Positions 42,023 through 52,130 of a stretch of 64,000 nt of DNA are shown here, in pieces (positions within the stretch are counted from its first letter, which is position 1; the number at the start of each line of letters is the position of its first letter). Under the pieces are notes generated by a model. It was not told where the DNA came from. It did not search any database and saw nothing but the letters and a program-made list of their open reading frames with translations. Source of the stretch: an uncultured Alteromonadaceae bacterium. Lineage in GTDB: Bacteria; Pseudomonadota; Gammaproteobacteria; Enterobacterales; Alteromonadaceae. The stretch covers positions 239,347 through 303,346 of the forward strand of contig CAJXMO010000002.1 of the NCBI GenBank assembly GCA_913056495.1. Reading direction: 5' to 3'. Position numbers and translations under genes: made by a program.

Positions 42023-42970
42023 TTAAAAGTTAACCGGCAGCTCTTCAATACTAAAACGTCCTGCGCGTATATCCCGCTTGGAATCTTCAGCTATCTCTCC
42101 CAGTTTAAATAACCCTGGGCCGGTCGGCTCAGCTAGCACATAGTCTATACCGTCTAAACTAATGTATTCATCTTGCTGGCTATGTCCCAACTGCAACCCG
42201 ACTAGTGCGTGATTGGGTAAATAAACCATGACCAGGTTTAAACGAGCAAAGAGCGCCCGCATTAAGCTTATAAAGAGAGTTGATTTGCTGTCACAGTCGC
42301 CTTGGTTTTCCATTAGTAAACGATTTGGCGGACTGAATCCGGCACCATGGGATGTGACCCTATTATCTAATGTGGAGTAGGGAATACTTTGAATCCAGCT
42401 AAGGTAATAATTAATAATATCTCGGCTACTCATGTTTCTTAAATTGTCCTGAGCCTGTGCAACTATATCGTCAAATAAAGGTAAAGCTTGTTGAGCAATC
42501 CGGATATGATCCGGTTTTACATAAGCTTGGGCAAAGCGGTCAGTAAATTCTGTGTAATAATGATTGGCTAAATACTGGTTCAGTATATCTAGTCTTAATT
42601 GACTGATTTTCTGATGTATCTCGTGAAACTCGGTTGTATCTCTGGTTTTGATTTTTATCTGAACCTGTTCGCCCAGTTTATTGAGTTTTATTTGTGTATA
42701 CCTGGATTGATATTGGGGTAATTCTGCCTGCAACTTCATGTATAAATAGTGATTTGCCAATGCTGGCCGATAAGTTTTAAAGGTTCTGAAAAGCTGATGA
42801 AGGTGTTTTTTATTGACTGAAAAGCTTAAATTTTGCGGCTGGTTATTATGATCCTGCCATTGATAATTAAACTGATTTCCTGAATGATTAAAATATAGTT
42901 CAGTCGCCTGAAGCGGGATGATTGTCAGCCAAGTTAACAACAGGAAAATACTTTTCACTCGTTTTTGCAA
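42023..42970 (-). CDS. Exported transglutaminase-like/papain-fold protein
   Basis: Signal peptide; QGDCDSK (Cys), PNHA (His), AEPTG (Glu). Confidence 0.65.
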   Translation of the reverse strand: MQKRVKSIFLLLTWLTIIPLQATELYFNHSGNQFNYQWQDHNNQPQNLSFSVNKKHLHQLFRTFKTYRPALANHYLYMKLQAELPQYQSRYTQIKLNKLGEQVQIKIKTRDTTEFHEIHQKISQLRLDILNQYLANHYYTEFTDRFAQAYVKPDHIRIAQQALPLFDDIVAQAQDNLRNMSSRDIINYYLSWIQSIPYSTLDNRVTSHGAGFSPPNRLLMENQGDCDSKSTLFISLMRALFARLNLVMVYLPNHALVGLQLGHSQQDEYISLDGIDYVLAEPTGPGLFKLGEIAEDSKRDIRAGRFSIEELPVNF

Positions 42971-43156
42971 ATCTACCTCAGATTATTGGCTTTAGGATAA
43001 CAACAATAATTTAAGATTTATCGATACATATCAAGTAATAGTTTTAGTCAATTTCGATTATATTCGAACGAATGTCTGTTTTATCTCTCAAATTCCCGAT
43101 AAAATTGCTCGGGTATTGTAGACCATTCGACTTTTTCGGTCTGGCTTAGGAAATTT

Positions 43157-44506
43157 ATGTATAAATTAAAAAAATATTGGATTGTTTGCTGTTTTATTGG
43201 CGTTGTTAATGCTGCGTCGTTTAATAGTTATGCCTCAGATGACAGACAAAAACTCATAGAGTTGGTTGAACAACAAAATTACCCGGCAGCGTATCAGTTA
43301 GCAGAACAATTGTTTGATTTGTTAGCGGGTGATCCCGACTTTGATTATTTATATGGCTTGGCGGCTTATCATGCTGGCTATTTTCAAGAGGCTATTTTTG
43401 CATTTGAACGGACCTTATTAGTCAGGCCTGAAGATGATAATGCCAGATACGCATTGGCTCTGGTATATTTCAAAGTTGAAAATTATATTGCTGCGCGGGC
43501 TGAATTTGCTCGTTTAGAACATACCCAAGATGAATATGTACGTCAGCAAAGTTTGCAATACATGCAAGCCATCGAAGGTAATTTACAGGCTAATAACGCT
43601 CAGTTAGCAGCCAATTTAAGTGTTGGGCTAGGTTATGATTCTAATGTGAACTCGGGGTTGGGTGACGAGCTCTACCCAATACCGATTCCAAATGTCGGCT
43701 TGGTTGATTTTAAATTTCCTGAGCAATCTGCTTATCAGCAATCTTTGTCTGCCAATGTTTTGTATTTTAGACCGCTAACCAAACCTGGTGGCATTATCGC
43801 CAGTGCAGCCTTTGATAAAACCAATTACTCCGGCTCAGATAGTCTTGAAAAAGCCAATTTGGATCTGGCTGTAGGCTATATTCATAAATGGCAGAACTAT
43901 ACGGCAAAGGCGACTGTGTTTTATCAAAAGTTTTGGTTTGGCGGAGGTGTTTATCAGGACCTCTACGCTGTGCTCGGGCAAGTTAACTGGCAGTATAAAA
44001 CAAACCAAAAAATTGCGCTGAGCTCCAATTTTTCAATTACAGATAATATTGAGAACGATAACTTAGATTTACAAACAAATAGCTTTAAACTGAGTCATAG
44101 TTATCGTTTTAGTGAACATAAATTGACCACTTATGTCTCACATGGTAAAGAGTCAGTAACAGATTATAGTTTTGACTCTAAGCATTATGAAAGGTACGTA
44201 AATGCACTGGGTATTAACTGGCAAATGCTGGTTAATGACTGGGGTATATTTGAACTTGGATATCAGTACCAGTCAACCCGCCACCCTCACTTGAATGAAA
44301 CCATTGTGGGAGCTGGGGGGGAGAGTTTGTTCTTTGAGCAAAAGCGGAAAGATCATATAAACACAGTTAAATTCGGTTTTGAATATTTCATTTCAAAACA
44401 ATGGCAATGGCAAAACAGTTATCAGATAAGTAACAGAAACAGTAATCACTTATTTTATAACTTTGACAGAAGTGTATTTAGTAGCCAACTGAATTACCGC
44501 TTTTAA
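43157..44506 (+). CDS. TPR + outer-membrane beta-barrel, Slam/DUF560 (T11SS)-like
   Basis: Signal peptide; N-terminal TPR helices (YLYGLAAY...A...FER...P....RYALA); barrel begins GLGYDSNVN; terminal QLNYRF. Confidence 0.75.
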   Translation: MYKLKKYWIVCCFIGVVNAASFNSYASDDRQKLIELVEQQNYPAAYQLAEQLFDLLAGDPDFDYLYGLAAYHAGYFQEAIFAFERTLLVRPEDDNARYALALVYFKVENYIAARAEFARLEHTQDEYVRQQSLQYMQAIEGNLQANNAQLAANLSVGLGYDSNVNSGLGDELYPIPIPNVGLVDFKFPEQSAYQQSLSANVLYFRPLTKPGGIIASAAFDKTNYSGSDSLEKANLDLAVGYIHKWQNYTAKATVFYQKFWFGGGVYQDLYAVLGQVNWQYKTNQKIALSSNFSITDNIENDNLDLQTNSFKLSHSYRFSEHKLTTYVSHGKESVTDYSFDSKHYERYVNALGINWQMLVNDWGIFELGYQYQSTRHPHLNETIVGAGGESLFFEQKRKDHINTVKFGFEYFISKQWQWQNSYQISNRNSNHLFYNFDRSVFSSQLNYRF

Positions 44507-44516
44507 GAGGTAAGTT

Positions 44517-45719
44517 ATGACGTTTAAAAATTTAATGGTATCAAGCAGCTTTGCTTGCTTGTTAATTTCAACAATTGGCCTGATGGCCGCAAGTGCAAAC
44601 GCATCCGAATCTGAACTCGCAGGTAAAACAATTATTGCCAGTGGTGATGTCAATGCGTTTACACCAGAGGATAAGCGCACATTAAGTCGTCGCTCTCCAA
44701 TTTATAAGATAGATAAAGTGACTACGGCCGATGATAGTCAGGCTCAATTTAAAATGATTGACGGTGGTATTGTTGCATTACAAGCCAACACAGAATTAGA
44801 AATAGCCAGCTATCAGTATGATCAGGAAACTAACACGGGTTCCGCTGTGATGAATTTGATCTCAGGCGGATTGCGTACCATTAGTGGGAAAATTAAAAGC
44901 TACAATGGCAATTATACGCTGAATACGCCAGCAGGCAGCATTGGTGTGCGAGGAACTCATTTTGAAGTTGAGATACTGGGCGATGAGCTCTTTTTAGCTG
45001 TTTGGGACGGGGCGGTTGATTTTAAGGTGAGCCGCACCGGGAAGTTGTTTTCGTTTGGTGAAAATGAAAACTTTAACTATGCAAAAATTCAACAGACCAC
45101 AGGCGCAGTAAAAGGCTTATTGAATCCGCCAGCTGTTTTTGAAAGCGGGTATGCAGTGCCGGAAAATCAAGCTTCGAAAGTTAAAACCGGCCCGAGTAAA
45201 AACGAAACCATTTCTATTGCCGTTCAGGCTTCAAAAAAGCGTAGTCCGGTCGCTACTGAAATCCTGACGTCAGGTAAACCCACGAGCAGTGGCGTAGCTA
45301 GCGAACTTAATCCTTCAGAATTAAAAAAAGATTCAGATTTATTTGCTTTGCAAAACCCAATTGCTGAGCGAGTTGGGGTGACAAAATTTGAGTTGGTTAA
45401 TCACAACTTCACCAGCTCTATGGGAGATGTATCTGATGCGAATATGGAAATGACGGTCAATTTTGATAAGCAGCGTGTTGTTACCGGCTTTTTATCCTTT
45501 AATGATGAAGGTGGAAAATGGAGCGCTCGATTTAATGGCGCCATTAATCAGGCAAAACTTGAATTAGATGTGCTGAATGCATCTCACGGTAAAAACCGCG
45601 CTGAAGGGGAAATCAACGGAGAGTTTACCAGTGATAATCAAGCTCGCGGCAGCCTCTTTTTCAACGAGATCAAAATGCCGTCAGTTTCTGCTGGTGGGGA
45701 ATTTGAGTTAGCTGAATAA
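44517..45719 (+). CDS. FecR-domain exported protein with C-terminal beta-barrel-like domain
   Basis: Signal peptide; FecR motif (TPAGSIGVRGTHF); S/K/P-rich linker; beta-rich C-terminus (MTVNF, FNGAI, INGEF, GGEF). Confidence 0.75.
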   Translation: MTFKNLMVSSSFACLLISTIGLMAASANASESELAGKTIIASGDVNAFTPEDKRTLSRRSPIYKIDKVTTADDSQAQFKMIDGGIVALQANTELEIASYQYDQETNTGSAVMNLISGGLRTISGKIKSYNGNYTLNTPAGSIGVRGTHFEVEILGDELFLAVWDGAVDFKVSRTGKLFSFGENENFNYAKIQQTTGAVKGLLNPPAVFESGYAVPENQASKVKTGPSKNETISIAVQASKKRSPVATEILTSGKPTSSGVASELNPSELKKDSDLFALQNPIAERVGVTKFELVNHNFTSSMGDVSDANMEMTVNFDKQRVVTGFLSFNDEGGKWSARFNGAINQAKLELDVLNASHGKNRAEGEINGEFTSDNQARGSLFFNEIKMPSVSAGGEFELAE

Positions 45720-45731
45720 AGTTGAAGTTGA

Positions 45732-45772
45732 TACCGCCAGGCTTTTGTATTGTGAGCAAAAGCCTGGCGGTA
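45732..45772. repeat. 16-bp perfect inverted repeat without U-tract
   Basis: TACCGCCAGGCTTTTG-9nt-CAAAAGCCTGGCGGTA. Confidence 0.8.
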
Positions 45773-45900
45773 ATTAAGTACTTTTATTCAGACAATATAA
45801 AATAATGCTTTTGTGATAACCTGCTCAACTTAGCCAGCCGCCAGTGAATATTTAATTAATGGCAACTAAAATAATAAAAACGGCAACTTAAGGTTAGAGA

Positions 45901-46746
45901 ATGCAAGTTACTTTTTATGGGGTCAGAGGGTCTTTACCTGCAGTTGGTTCTGAATTTATCAAGTATGGCGGCAATACTGCATGTGTTCATGTTGTATTGA
46001 GTGACGGCACAGACTTGATACTCGATGCCGGTACCGGAATTGTAAAACTGGGCGAACAACTACAACAAAGTGTCCGCCCCATTCATTTATTGCTGACACA
46101 TAATCACTGGGATCATATTCAAGGCTTTCCGTTTTTTCGACCGGCTTACCAAGCCGGCCGGGATATTCATATCACACCGGGATTAACAGAACCCAAACAC
46201 GATATTGCGATATTAAAACAGATGTCCGATACCTGGTTTCCTATCGGACACGATCAATTAAAAGCGAATATCGAATTTACGCAGCTGAATGAGCTGCATC
46301 AGTGGCAGCTCGGCAGCGCTAGCATTAAACGAGTTCAAATTAACCATCCTGGTGGCGGCAGTGCTTACCTGATAGAAGATGCGGGTGTTAAACTGGCTTA
46401 TATCACAGATAATGAACTCGATCCGCCATATAAAAAAGCAACCAGTTATACACAGTGGCTGGCGTTTTTGGATTCTGTAGATTTACTGATCCATGATGCT
46501 CAGTATGCCGAACAGGATATGCCACTTAAACATGGTTGGGGGCACAGCCTTATTCAGCAAACCGTTGATTTAGCCTGTCAGGCGAAAGTGAAACAATGTG
46601 CTTTGTTCAGCCATGATTTTGGTCGGACTGATCAGCAAATTGATCTTCAAATGGAAAAAATTGCTCTGTACCTGCAAGAAAAACAATTGAATATTGACAT
46701 TTTTGCTGCTGCCGAGGGCATGTCGCTGGACTTGGAAGCTCAATAA
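45901..46746 (+). CDS. MBL-fold metallohydrolase (putative cyclic-nucleotide phosphodiesterase)
   Basis: GVRGS, YGGNT, LDAGTG, THNHWDH, NHPGG, HDAQY, GHS. Confidence 0.8.
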   Translation: MQVTFYGVRGSLPAVGSEFIKYGGNTACVHVVLSDGTDLILDAGTGIVKLGEQLQQSVRPIHLLLTHNHWDHIQGFPFFRPAYQAGRDIHITPGLTEPKHDIAILKQMSDTWFPIGHDQLKANIEFTQLNELHQWQLGSASIKRVQINHPGGGSAYLIEDAGVKLAYITDNELDPPYKKATSYTQWLAFLDSVDLLIHDAQYAEQDMPLKHGWGHSLIQQTVDLACQAKVKQCALFSHDFGRTDQQIDLQMEKIALYLQEKQLNIDIFAAAEGMSLDLEAQ

Positions 46747-46813
46747 CCAAATCACGGGATATAAGTCATGACGCTAAAAAATGAATAGCAGCCAAATCAA
46801 ATGGACCTAAAGC

Positions 46814-49042
46814 ATGACCCTAAAAAAATTCACTGTCATTTTGGGCTTAATATTAACGGCTCTGATTATTGCTTGGCAATTGGCACCCAATGGCTCAAGC
46901 GCCAGAATTTCACTCAATAAAATCGAGGGCATATTGTATGATGCCCGCCTCAATTTATTCAGAGAACCATTTACACAAGCTGCTGATCTGCAAGCTCCAA
47001 ATAAAATTGTCATTATTGATATCGACGAAAAATCGATAAAAGAGCAAGGCCGTTTTCCCTGGAGTCGGGCCGTAATGGCTAAGCTAGTTGACGGTTTATT
47101 CGAAGCAAACGTTGCGGTTGTTGCATTTGATATTATGTTTAGCGAGTCTCAGGTTAATCCGGTTGATACGCTGCTAACCGCCCCGGATTTAACCGATCAA
47201 ACCAAAAAACAGTTATTGGCTCTGAAATCTGAATTTGATGCGGATAAACAGTTTGCCCAAAGTTTGTCCCGCGGAGATGTGGTTCTGGCCATGTTATTAG
47301 ATAATCAAACTGCATCAGAACCTTATTCTGTCTTATCGTCCAACTCAGTTCGTAGTTCCGTACAGTTGGAACAAGGTATTGCAGCTGAAACAACAACTGC
47401 GATTCATAAACCGGTTATCCGCGCGGCTATTGATAAACTAAATTTAAATCCGGATGAAACTTTATTTGCCCTGAATCAGGGGTTTATTAATTCAATGCCG
47501 GATGATGATGGCTCAATTCGAAAGGCTGCTTTGTTACTCAGACATCAGGGGACTTTATATCCTTCACTGGCGCTTGAAGCCGTTCGCAGTTATTCATTTG
47601 AACCTGTCATTCAGGTTGAAACTCGGCCAGCCGGAGATTTTGATTATATCAACGCAATCTGGCTTAACCAGAAGAAAGTGCCGACAGATGCACATGGCCG
47701 GATTTGGGTGCCCTATCAGGGTAAACAGGCCAGTTTTCCTTATATATCAGCAACGGATGTGATAACCGGTCGGGCTAACTCCGAACGACTCGCCGGATCG
47801 ATTGCTTTTGTTGGCACATCGGCAGCTGGATTAGCCGATTTAATAGAGGCGCCGGTTGGCATGCAGTATCCGGGCGTTGAAGTACACGCAAATGTGGCTT
47901 ATGGCTTGCTCAACCCTGAAATATTGCTGGTTGAACCCGATTCGAGTGATGCTATGGTTGCGCTGTTTTTATTATCTATTGGTTTAGTCCTGAGTTTATT
48001 TTTGGTTAAGTTTGAACCGGTTAATATGCTTTTGGTTGGGGTTGTAACCCTGATTGCCAGTATTTCGATTAACCTGATTCTCTGGCGCTATTATGCCTGG
48101 GTATTGCCGCTGACGTCGTCTGTACTTTTGGTTTTCAGTGTCAGTTTAATCAATATTGTTAGCGGTTATCTCAGAGAAAGTTTTCAGAAAAATAAAATCA
48201 AAACCTATTTTGAGCAATATGTACCGGCGGCTCATATCGATAAAATGCTTGCGGCACCAGAACAGGTGAGTCTGGCGGGAGAGCGTAAACAAATGACGGT
48301 CTTATTTGCCGATATTCGTGATTTTACCCATATCTCGGAACAGCTCAGTGCAAATCAGGTCAAATTGCTGCTCAATGCTTATTTATCTCCAATCACAAAA
48401 GTGATTTTAGAGAACCATGGCACGATTGATAAATATGTCGGCGATATGGTGATGGCGTTTTGGGGCGCGCCACTCAATGATGATGAACACGCCGAACACG
48501 CGGTAAAAGCCGCGTTAGCTATGTTAGACAAAGCCAAACAATTGAATCTTGAGTTTGCCAAAAAAGGCTGGCCTGAAATTAAACTGGGCATTGGCATTAA
48601 TACAGGTGAAATGAATGTCGGCGATATGGGCTCTGAATTTAGGCGCGCCTATACTGTCATTGGCGATTCAGTTAATCTGGCCAGTCGACTGGAAAGTCTG
48701 ACCAAATATTACGGAGTTGATATTTTGATCAGTGAACAGACTTATTATGATGCACATGCGTTTGATCACTATCTGATTGATAAGGTAAAAGTGAAAGGCA
48801 AGCAAAAAGCAATCGAAGTCTATCAGCCAAACCGGCCTTTATCCAAACCGAATCAGGTTTTACATCACCGAGCCTATCAGGCTTATTTTGCGCAGGACTG
48901 GCAAACCGCAACCGCTCTGTTCACTCAGTTACACCAAAATACACAAGATAACCTGTATGCGGTTTTTATCGAGCGTATTCAGCAGTTATCTTCGCAGAAT
49001 TTAAACGAATGGGACGGTAGTTATACGCATCAGACTAAATAA
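46814..49042 (+). CDS. CHASE2-domain class III adenylate cyclase
   Basis: TM-CHASE2-3TM; FADIRDF, DKYVGD (Lys, ATP-specific), [15 protein letters not shown]. Confidence 0.92.
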   Translation: MTLKKFTVILGLILTALIIAWQLAPNGSSARISLNKIEGILYDARLNLFREPFTQAADLQAPNKIVIIDIDEKSIKEQGRFPWSRAVMAKLVDGLFEANVAVVAFDIMFSESQVNPVDTLLTAPDLTDQTKKQLLALKSEFDADKQFAQSLSRGDVVLAMLLDNQTASEPYSVLSSNSVRSSVQLEQGIAAETTTAIHKPVIRAAIDKLNLNPDETLFALNQGFINSMPDDDGSIRKAALLLRHQGTLYPSLALEAVRSYSFEPVIQVETRPAGDFDYINAIWLNQKKVPTDAHGRIWVPYQGKQASFPYISATDVITGRANSERLAGSIAFVGTSAAGLADLIEAPVGMQYPGVEVHANVAYGLLNPEILLVEPDSSDAMVALFLLSIGLVLSLFLVKFEPVNMLLVGVVTLIASISINLILWRYYAWVLPLTSSVLLVFSVSLINIVSGYLRESFQKNKIKTYFEQYVPAAHIDKMLAAPEQVSLAGERKQMTVLFADIRDFTHISEQLSANQVKLLLNAYLSPITKVILENHGTIDKYVGDMVMAFWGAPLNDDEHAEHAVKAALAMLDKAKQLNLEFAKKGWPEIKLGIGINTGEMNVGDMGSEFRRAYTVIGDSVNLASRLESLTKYYGVDILISEQTYYDAHAFDHYLIDKVKVKGKQKAIEVYQPNRPLSKPNQVLHHRAYQAYFAQDWQTATALFTQLHQNTQDNLYAVFIERIQQLSSQNLNEWDGSYTHQTK

Positions 49043-49095
49043 AGCGGTTAATATGGGGTAGAATAGCCAACTTTATCGGGTTTGGAAGACAACAA

Positions 49096-49446
49096 ATGAC
49101 AATTGAAAGAATAGAAACCGGGGCTCGTATGAGTCGTATTGTTAAACATCAGGGCACCATTTATTTGTGCGGCCAGGTATGCGCAGATGCCACTCAGGGC
49201 ATCACTGAGCAAACTCAAACTATGCTGGATAAGGTTGAAGCTTTGCTCGAAAAAGCAGGCAGTGATAAAAACCATATGCTGTCAGCCACTATTTATATTA
49301 AAGATATGGCTGATTTTGCTGCTATGAATGCTGTCTGGGATGCTTGGGTACCGCAAGGGCATGCGCCAGCCAGAGCCTGCGTTCAAGCTGCAATGGCTCG
49401 CGAAGCCTTATTGGTCGAAATTTCTGTAGTGGCCGCAGAAAAGTAA
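49096..49446 (+). CDS. RidA/YjgF family protein (YoaB-like)
   Basis: [16 protein letters not shown]. Confidence 0.9.
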   Translation: MTIERIETGARMSRIVKHQGTIYLCGQVCADATQGITEQTQTMLDKVEALLEKAGSDKNHMLSATIYIKDMADFAAMNAVWDAWVPQGHAPARACVQAAMAREALLVEISVVAAEK

Positions 49447-49521
49447 GCTATTCGGTTTGGTTTAGTGCAGCCATTTGTGCTGCACTGCTTAAATTAAAGG
49501 GTGCAATATAATAAGCTGTAT

Positions 49522-50382
49522 TTAACTTCTATCCCGGATAACGCCTTCCTGCGCACAAGATGCAACCAACTGTCCGCTTTGATTATAAAATTCACCACGG
49601 ACAAAACCTCTGGCCCCGGATGCAGACGGGCTGTCAATCACAAACAATAGCCACTCATTCAGGCTGAAAGGGCGATGAAACCACATTGAATGGTCCAAAG
49701 TCGCAACCTGCATTTTTGGATCAATAAATGAACGTGCATGAGGTAACAGAGAGGTAATTAAAAAGTTGAAATCGGATGTATATGCAAGTAAGTACTTGTT
49801 TACTTTGATATCCTCTGAAACTGAACCATTTGCCTTAACCCAGATATGTCTTTTGGGCTCTGCTTTTTCAGGTTTAAGCGGATTCAGCATTTCAACCGGT
49901 CTGAACTCTAGCGGTTTGTCACTGATAAATTTGTCCCGGATAGCCACCGGAATATGGTCCTGATACTGGCGTGATAACTCTAGCTCGGAAATTAAAGATT
50001 CCGGCCCTGCGACTTTAGGCATGCTGGGTTGGTGTTCAAAACCGGATTCTGATTTTTGAAACGAGGCCGTGAGATAAAAAATAGGTAAGCCATGTTGAAT
50101 GGCTTCCACTCTTCGGGTACAAAAGCTCTTACCATCCCGAATTGAATCAACTTTATAAACAATTGGATGTGCGACATCTCCAGAGCGTAAAAAATACGAG
50201 TGAAATGAATGCAGGTGCCTGTCTTCAGGTGCACTTTGCTGAGCGGCTGAAAGCGCCTGACCTAAAACCTGCCCACCAAATACAGCACCTAAGCCTAAAT
50301 CTTGGGACTGACCCCGGTAAATACCTTTTTCAATTTTTTCTAAGCTTAATAAATTTATCAGTTCATTCAATACTTTGCTCAT
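49522..50382 (-). CDS. tesB: Acyl-CoA thioesterase II
   Basis: VFGGQVLGQAL, RDGKSF, LDHSMWFH, QEG. Confidence 0.96.
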   Translation of the reverse strand: MSKVLNELINLLSLEKIEKGIYRGQSQDLGLGAVFGGQVLGQALSAAQQSAPEDRHLHSFHSYFLRSGDVAHPIVYKVDSIRDGKSFCTRRVEAIQHGLPIFYLTASFQKSESGFEHQPSMPKVAGPESLISELELSRQYQDHIPVAIRDKFISDKPLEFRPVEMLNPLKPEKAEPKRHIWVKANGSVSEDIKVNKYLLAYTSDFNFLITSLLPHARSFIDPKMQVATLDHSMWFHRPFSLNEWLLFVIDSPSASGARGFVRGEFYNQSGQLVASCAQEGVIRDRS

Positions 50383-50500
50383 ATACAGATCCCGCTGCTA
50401 AATGGATATACTTCACTTTATTACAGTATTCAACTTTTGTCACAGTTACTATATGGTAAGCTCTACAAAATGATATTGAAATTAAATGAATGGAGTTTTA

Positions 50501-51049
50501 ATGAAAGATGAAGGCAATCCCTGGCACGTAAAGTCCACAGAGGAGATTTATCAAAGCCCCTGGATTAAAGTCAGAGAAGATAAAGTGATTACGCCAGCTG
50601 GTACGGATGGAATTTATAGCGTGGTCGAGTTTCAAAACTCAGCGGTTGGCATTGTTCCTATTGACGATGAGGGCAATACCTGGTTGGTTGGACAATGGCG
50701 ATATCCATTAGGCGCCTACAGCTGGGAAATCATTGAAGGTGGATGTCCAAAAGGCGAAGCGCCGGTTGAGTGTGCCCGCCGTGAACTCAAAGAAGAAGCC
50801 GGTATTAGTGCTCAGACTTTAACGCCTTTTCTGGAAATGTCTTTATCGAACTCTTCCACAGATGATCAGGTTATTGTATATATTGCCAAGGGGTTAACGC
50901 TTGCAGAAGCGCAGCCGGAAGAAACCGAAGCGTTACAACTGGTGAAAATGCCACTGGCTGAAGCATTTGAATATGCGATGCAGGGCAAAATTCATGACGC
51001 TATCAGCGTGGCTGCTTTATTTAAGCTTAAGCATCAGGGTTACTTTTGA
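50501..51049 (+). CDS. NUDIX hydrolase (ADP-ribose pyrophosphatase-like)
   Basis: Nudix box GG...ARRELKEEAG; start after TGGAG. Confidence 0.9.
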   Translation: MKDEGNPWHVKSTEEIYQSPWIKVREDKVITPAGTDGIYSVVEFQNSAVGIVPIDDEGNTWLVGQWRYPLGAYSWEIIEGGCPKGEAPVECARRELKEEAGISAQTLTPFLEMSLSNSSTDDQVIVYIAKGLTLAEAQPEETEALQLVKMPLAEAFEYAMQGKIHDAISVAALFKLKHQGYF

Positions 51050-51070
51050 GCCTAAGCTAATAAATCGCCG

Positions 51071-51559
51071 TTAATGGCGATTTATTTTATCAAGATAACC
51101 CATAATAAAAGCGGACGCGACAAAGGTTAGATGAATGATGACGTACCACATCATTTTATCGGTATCGACCTTATCGGCATTCATAAATATTTTAAGCAGG
51201 TGGATTGAAGATATTGCAACAATAGACGCTGCCACTTTTGTTTTTAAGGTGCCTGAGTCTACTTTACCTAACCAACCCAGTTTCTCTCTGCCTTCATCTA
51301 TATCTATCTGGCTGACGAAATTTTCGTATCCGGATAGCATCACCATAATTAATAAACCACCGACCAACGACATATCAATCAGAGACAAAATGGCCAAAAT
51401 CAGATCGGTTTCTTTCAATGAAAATAACATAGGAAACAAATGCCAGATTTCCTGAAAGAATTTAACGGTTAATGCAATCAGGGCCAAACTTAACCCTAAA
51501 TACAAGGGGGCTAATAGCCAACGTGCGGAATACAATAAGTTTTCAAAAAACTTTTCCAA
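51071..51559 (-). CDS. yqhA: UPF0114/YqhA (TIGR00645) membrane protein
   Basis: [25 protein letters not shown]. Confidence 0.88.
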   Translation of the reverse strand: MEKFFENLLYSARWLLAPLYLGLSLALIALTVKFFQEIWHLFPMLFSLKETDLILAILSLIDMSLVGGLLIMVMLSGYENFVSQIDIDEGREKLGWLGKVDSGTLKTKVAASIVAISSIHLLKIFMNADKVDTDKMMWYVIIHLTFVASAFIMGYLDKINRH

Positions 51560-51761
51560 AACAAGCTCCAGACAGATATGTTTGAAATGAGATTTAATAA
51601 GTCTCTATTATACGGGAAATTTAGAGTAGGAAAATAAAATGAAAGGGCAAAGCGGATAATTATTTGTAGAAGAAGATAAAAGTCGGCCTAATTTATTAAT
51701 AAGCATATTAAGCACTAAAATAAAACGACCGACTAGGTATCGATTATTATCGAGTGCTTAA

Positions 51762-51971
51762 TTACGCTGGGATTACATTTTCAGCTTGTGGGCCTTTTTG
51801 ACCTTGGGTAACTGTCATAGTTACTTTCTGGCCGTCCTGTAATGTTTTGCGTCCTGTTGCCTGAATTGCGCTAAAGTGTACAAATACGTCTTTACCACCT
51901 TCTTGTTCAATAAATCCAAAACCTTTTTCATCATTGAACCACTTCACTGTTCCTGTAACTTGATTTGACAT
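51762..51971 (-). CDS. Cold-shock protein
   Basis: [21 protein letters not shown]. Confidence 0.96.
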   Translation of the reverse strand: MSNQVTGTVKWFNDEKGFGFIEQEGGKDVFVHFSAIQATGRKTLQDGQKVTMTVTQGQKGPQAENVIPA

Positions 51972-52130
51972 TGTTTTCTCTTTCTATATTAAAACTAAGC
52001 TACCAAAAGCACTGATAGCTTTTCTCTTGCAATTTTATTCTAGCAGCAATTTTGAACAATTGTCGCTCAATAAGGGATTAAATTCATAAAAATTTAATTG
52101 AATATTGGACACTTAAATTTCTATGGGATT

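Noticed and set aside
43053-43068. TTCGA-N6-TCGAA inverted repeat upstream of the Slam-like gene
   Set aside because: Only 5-bp arms in AT-rich DNA, a single copy and a poor match to CRP/FNR; could be chance
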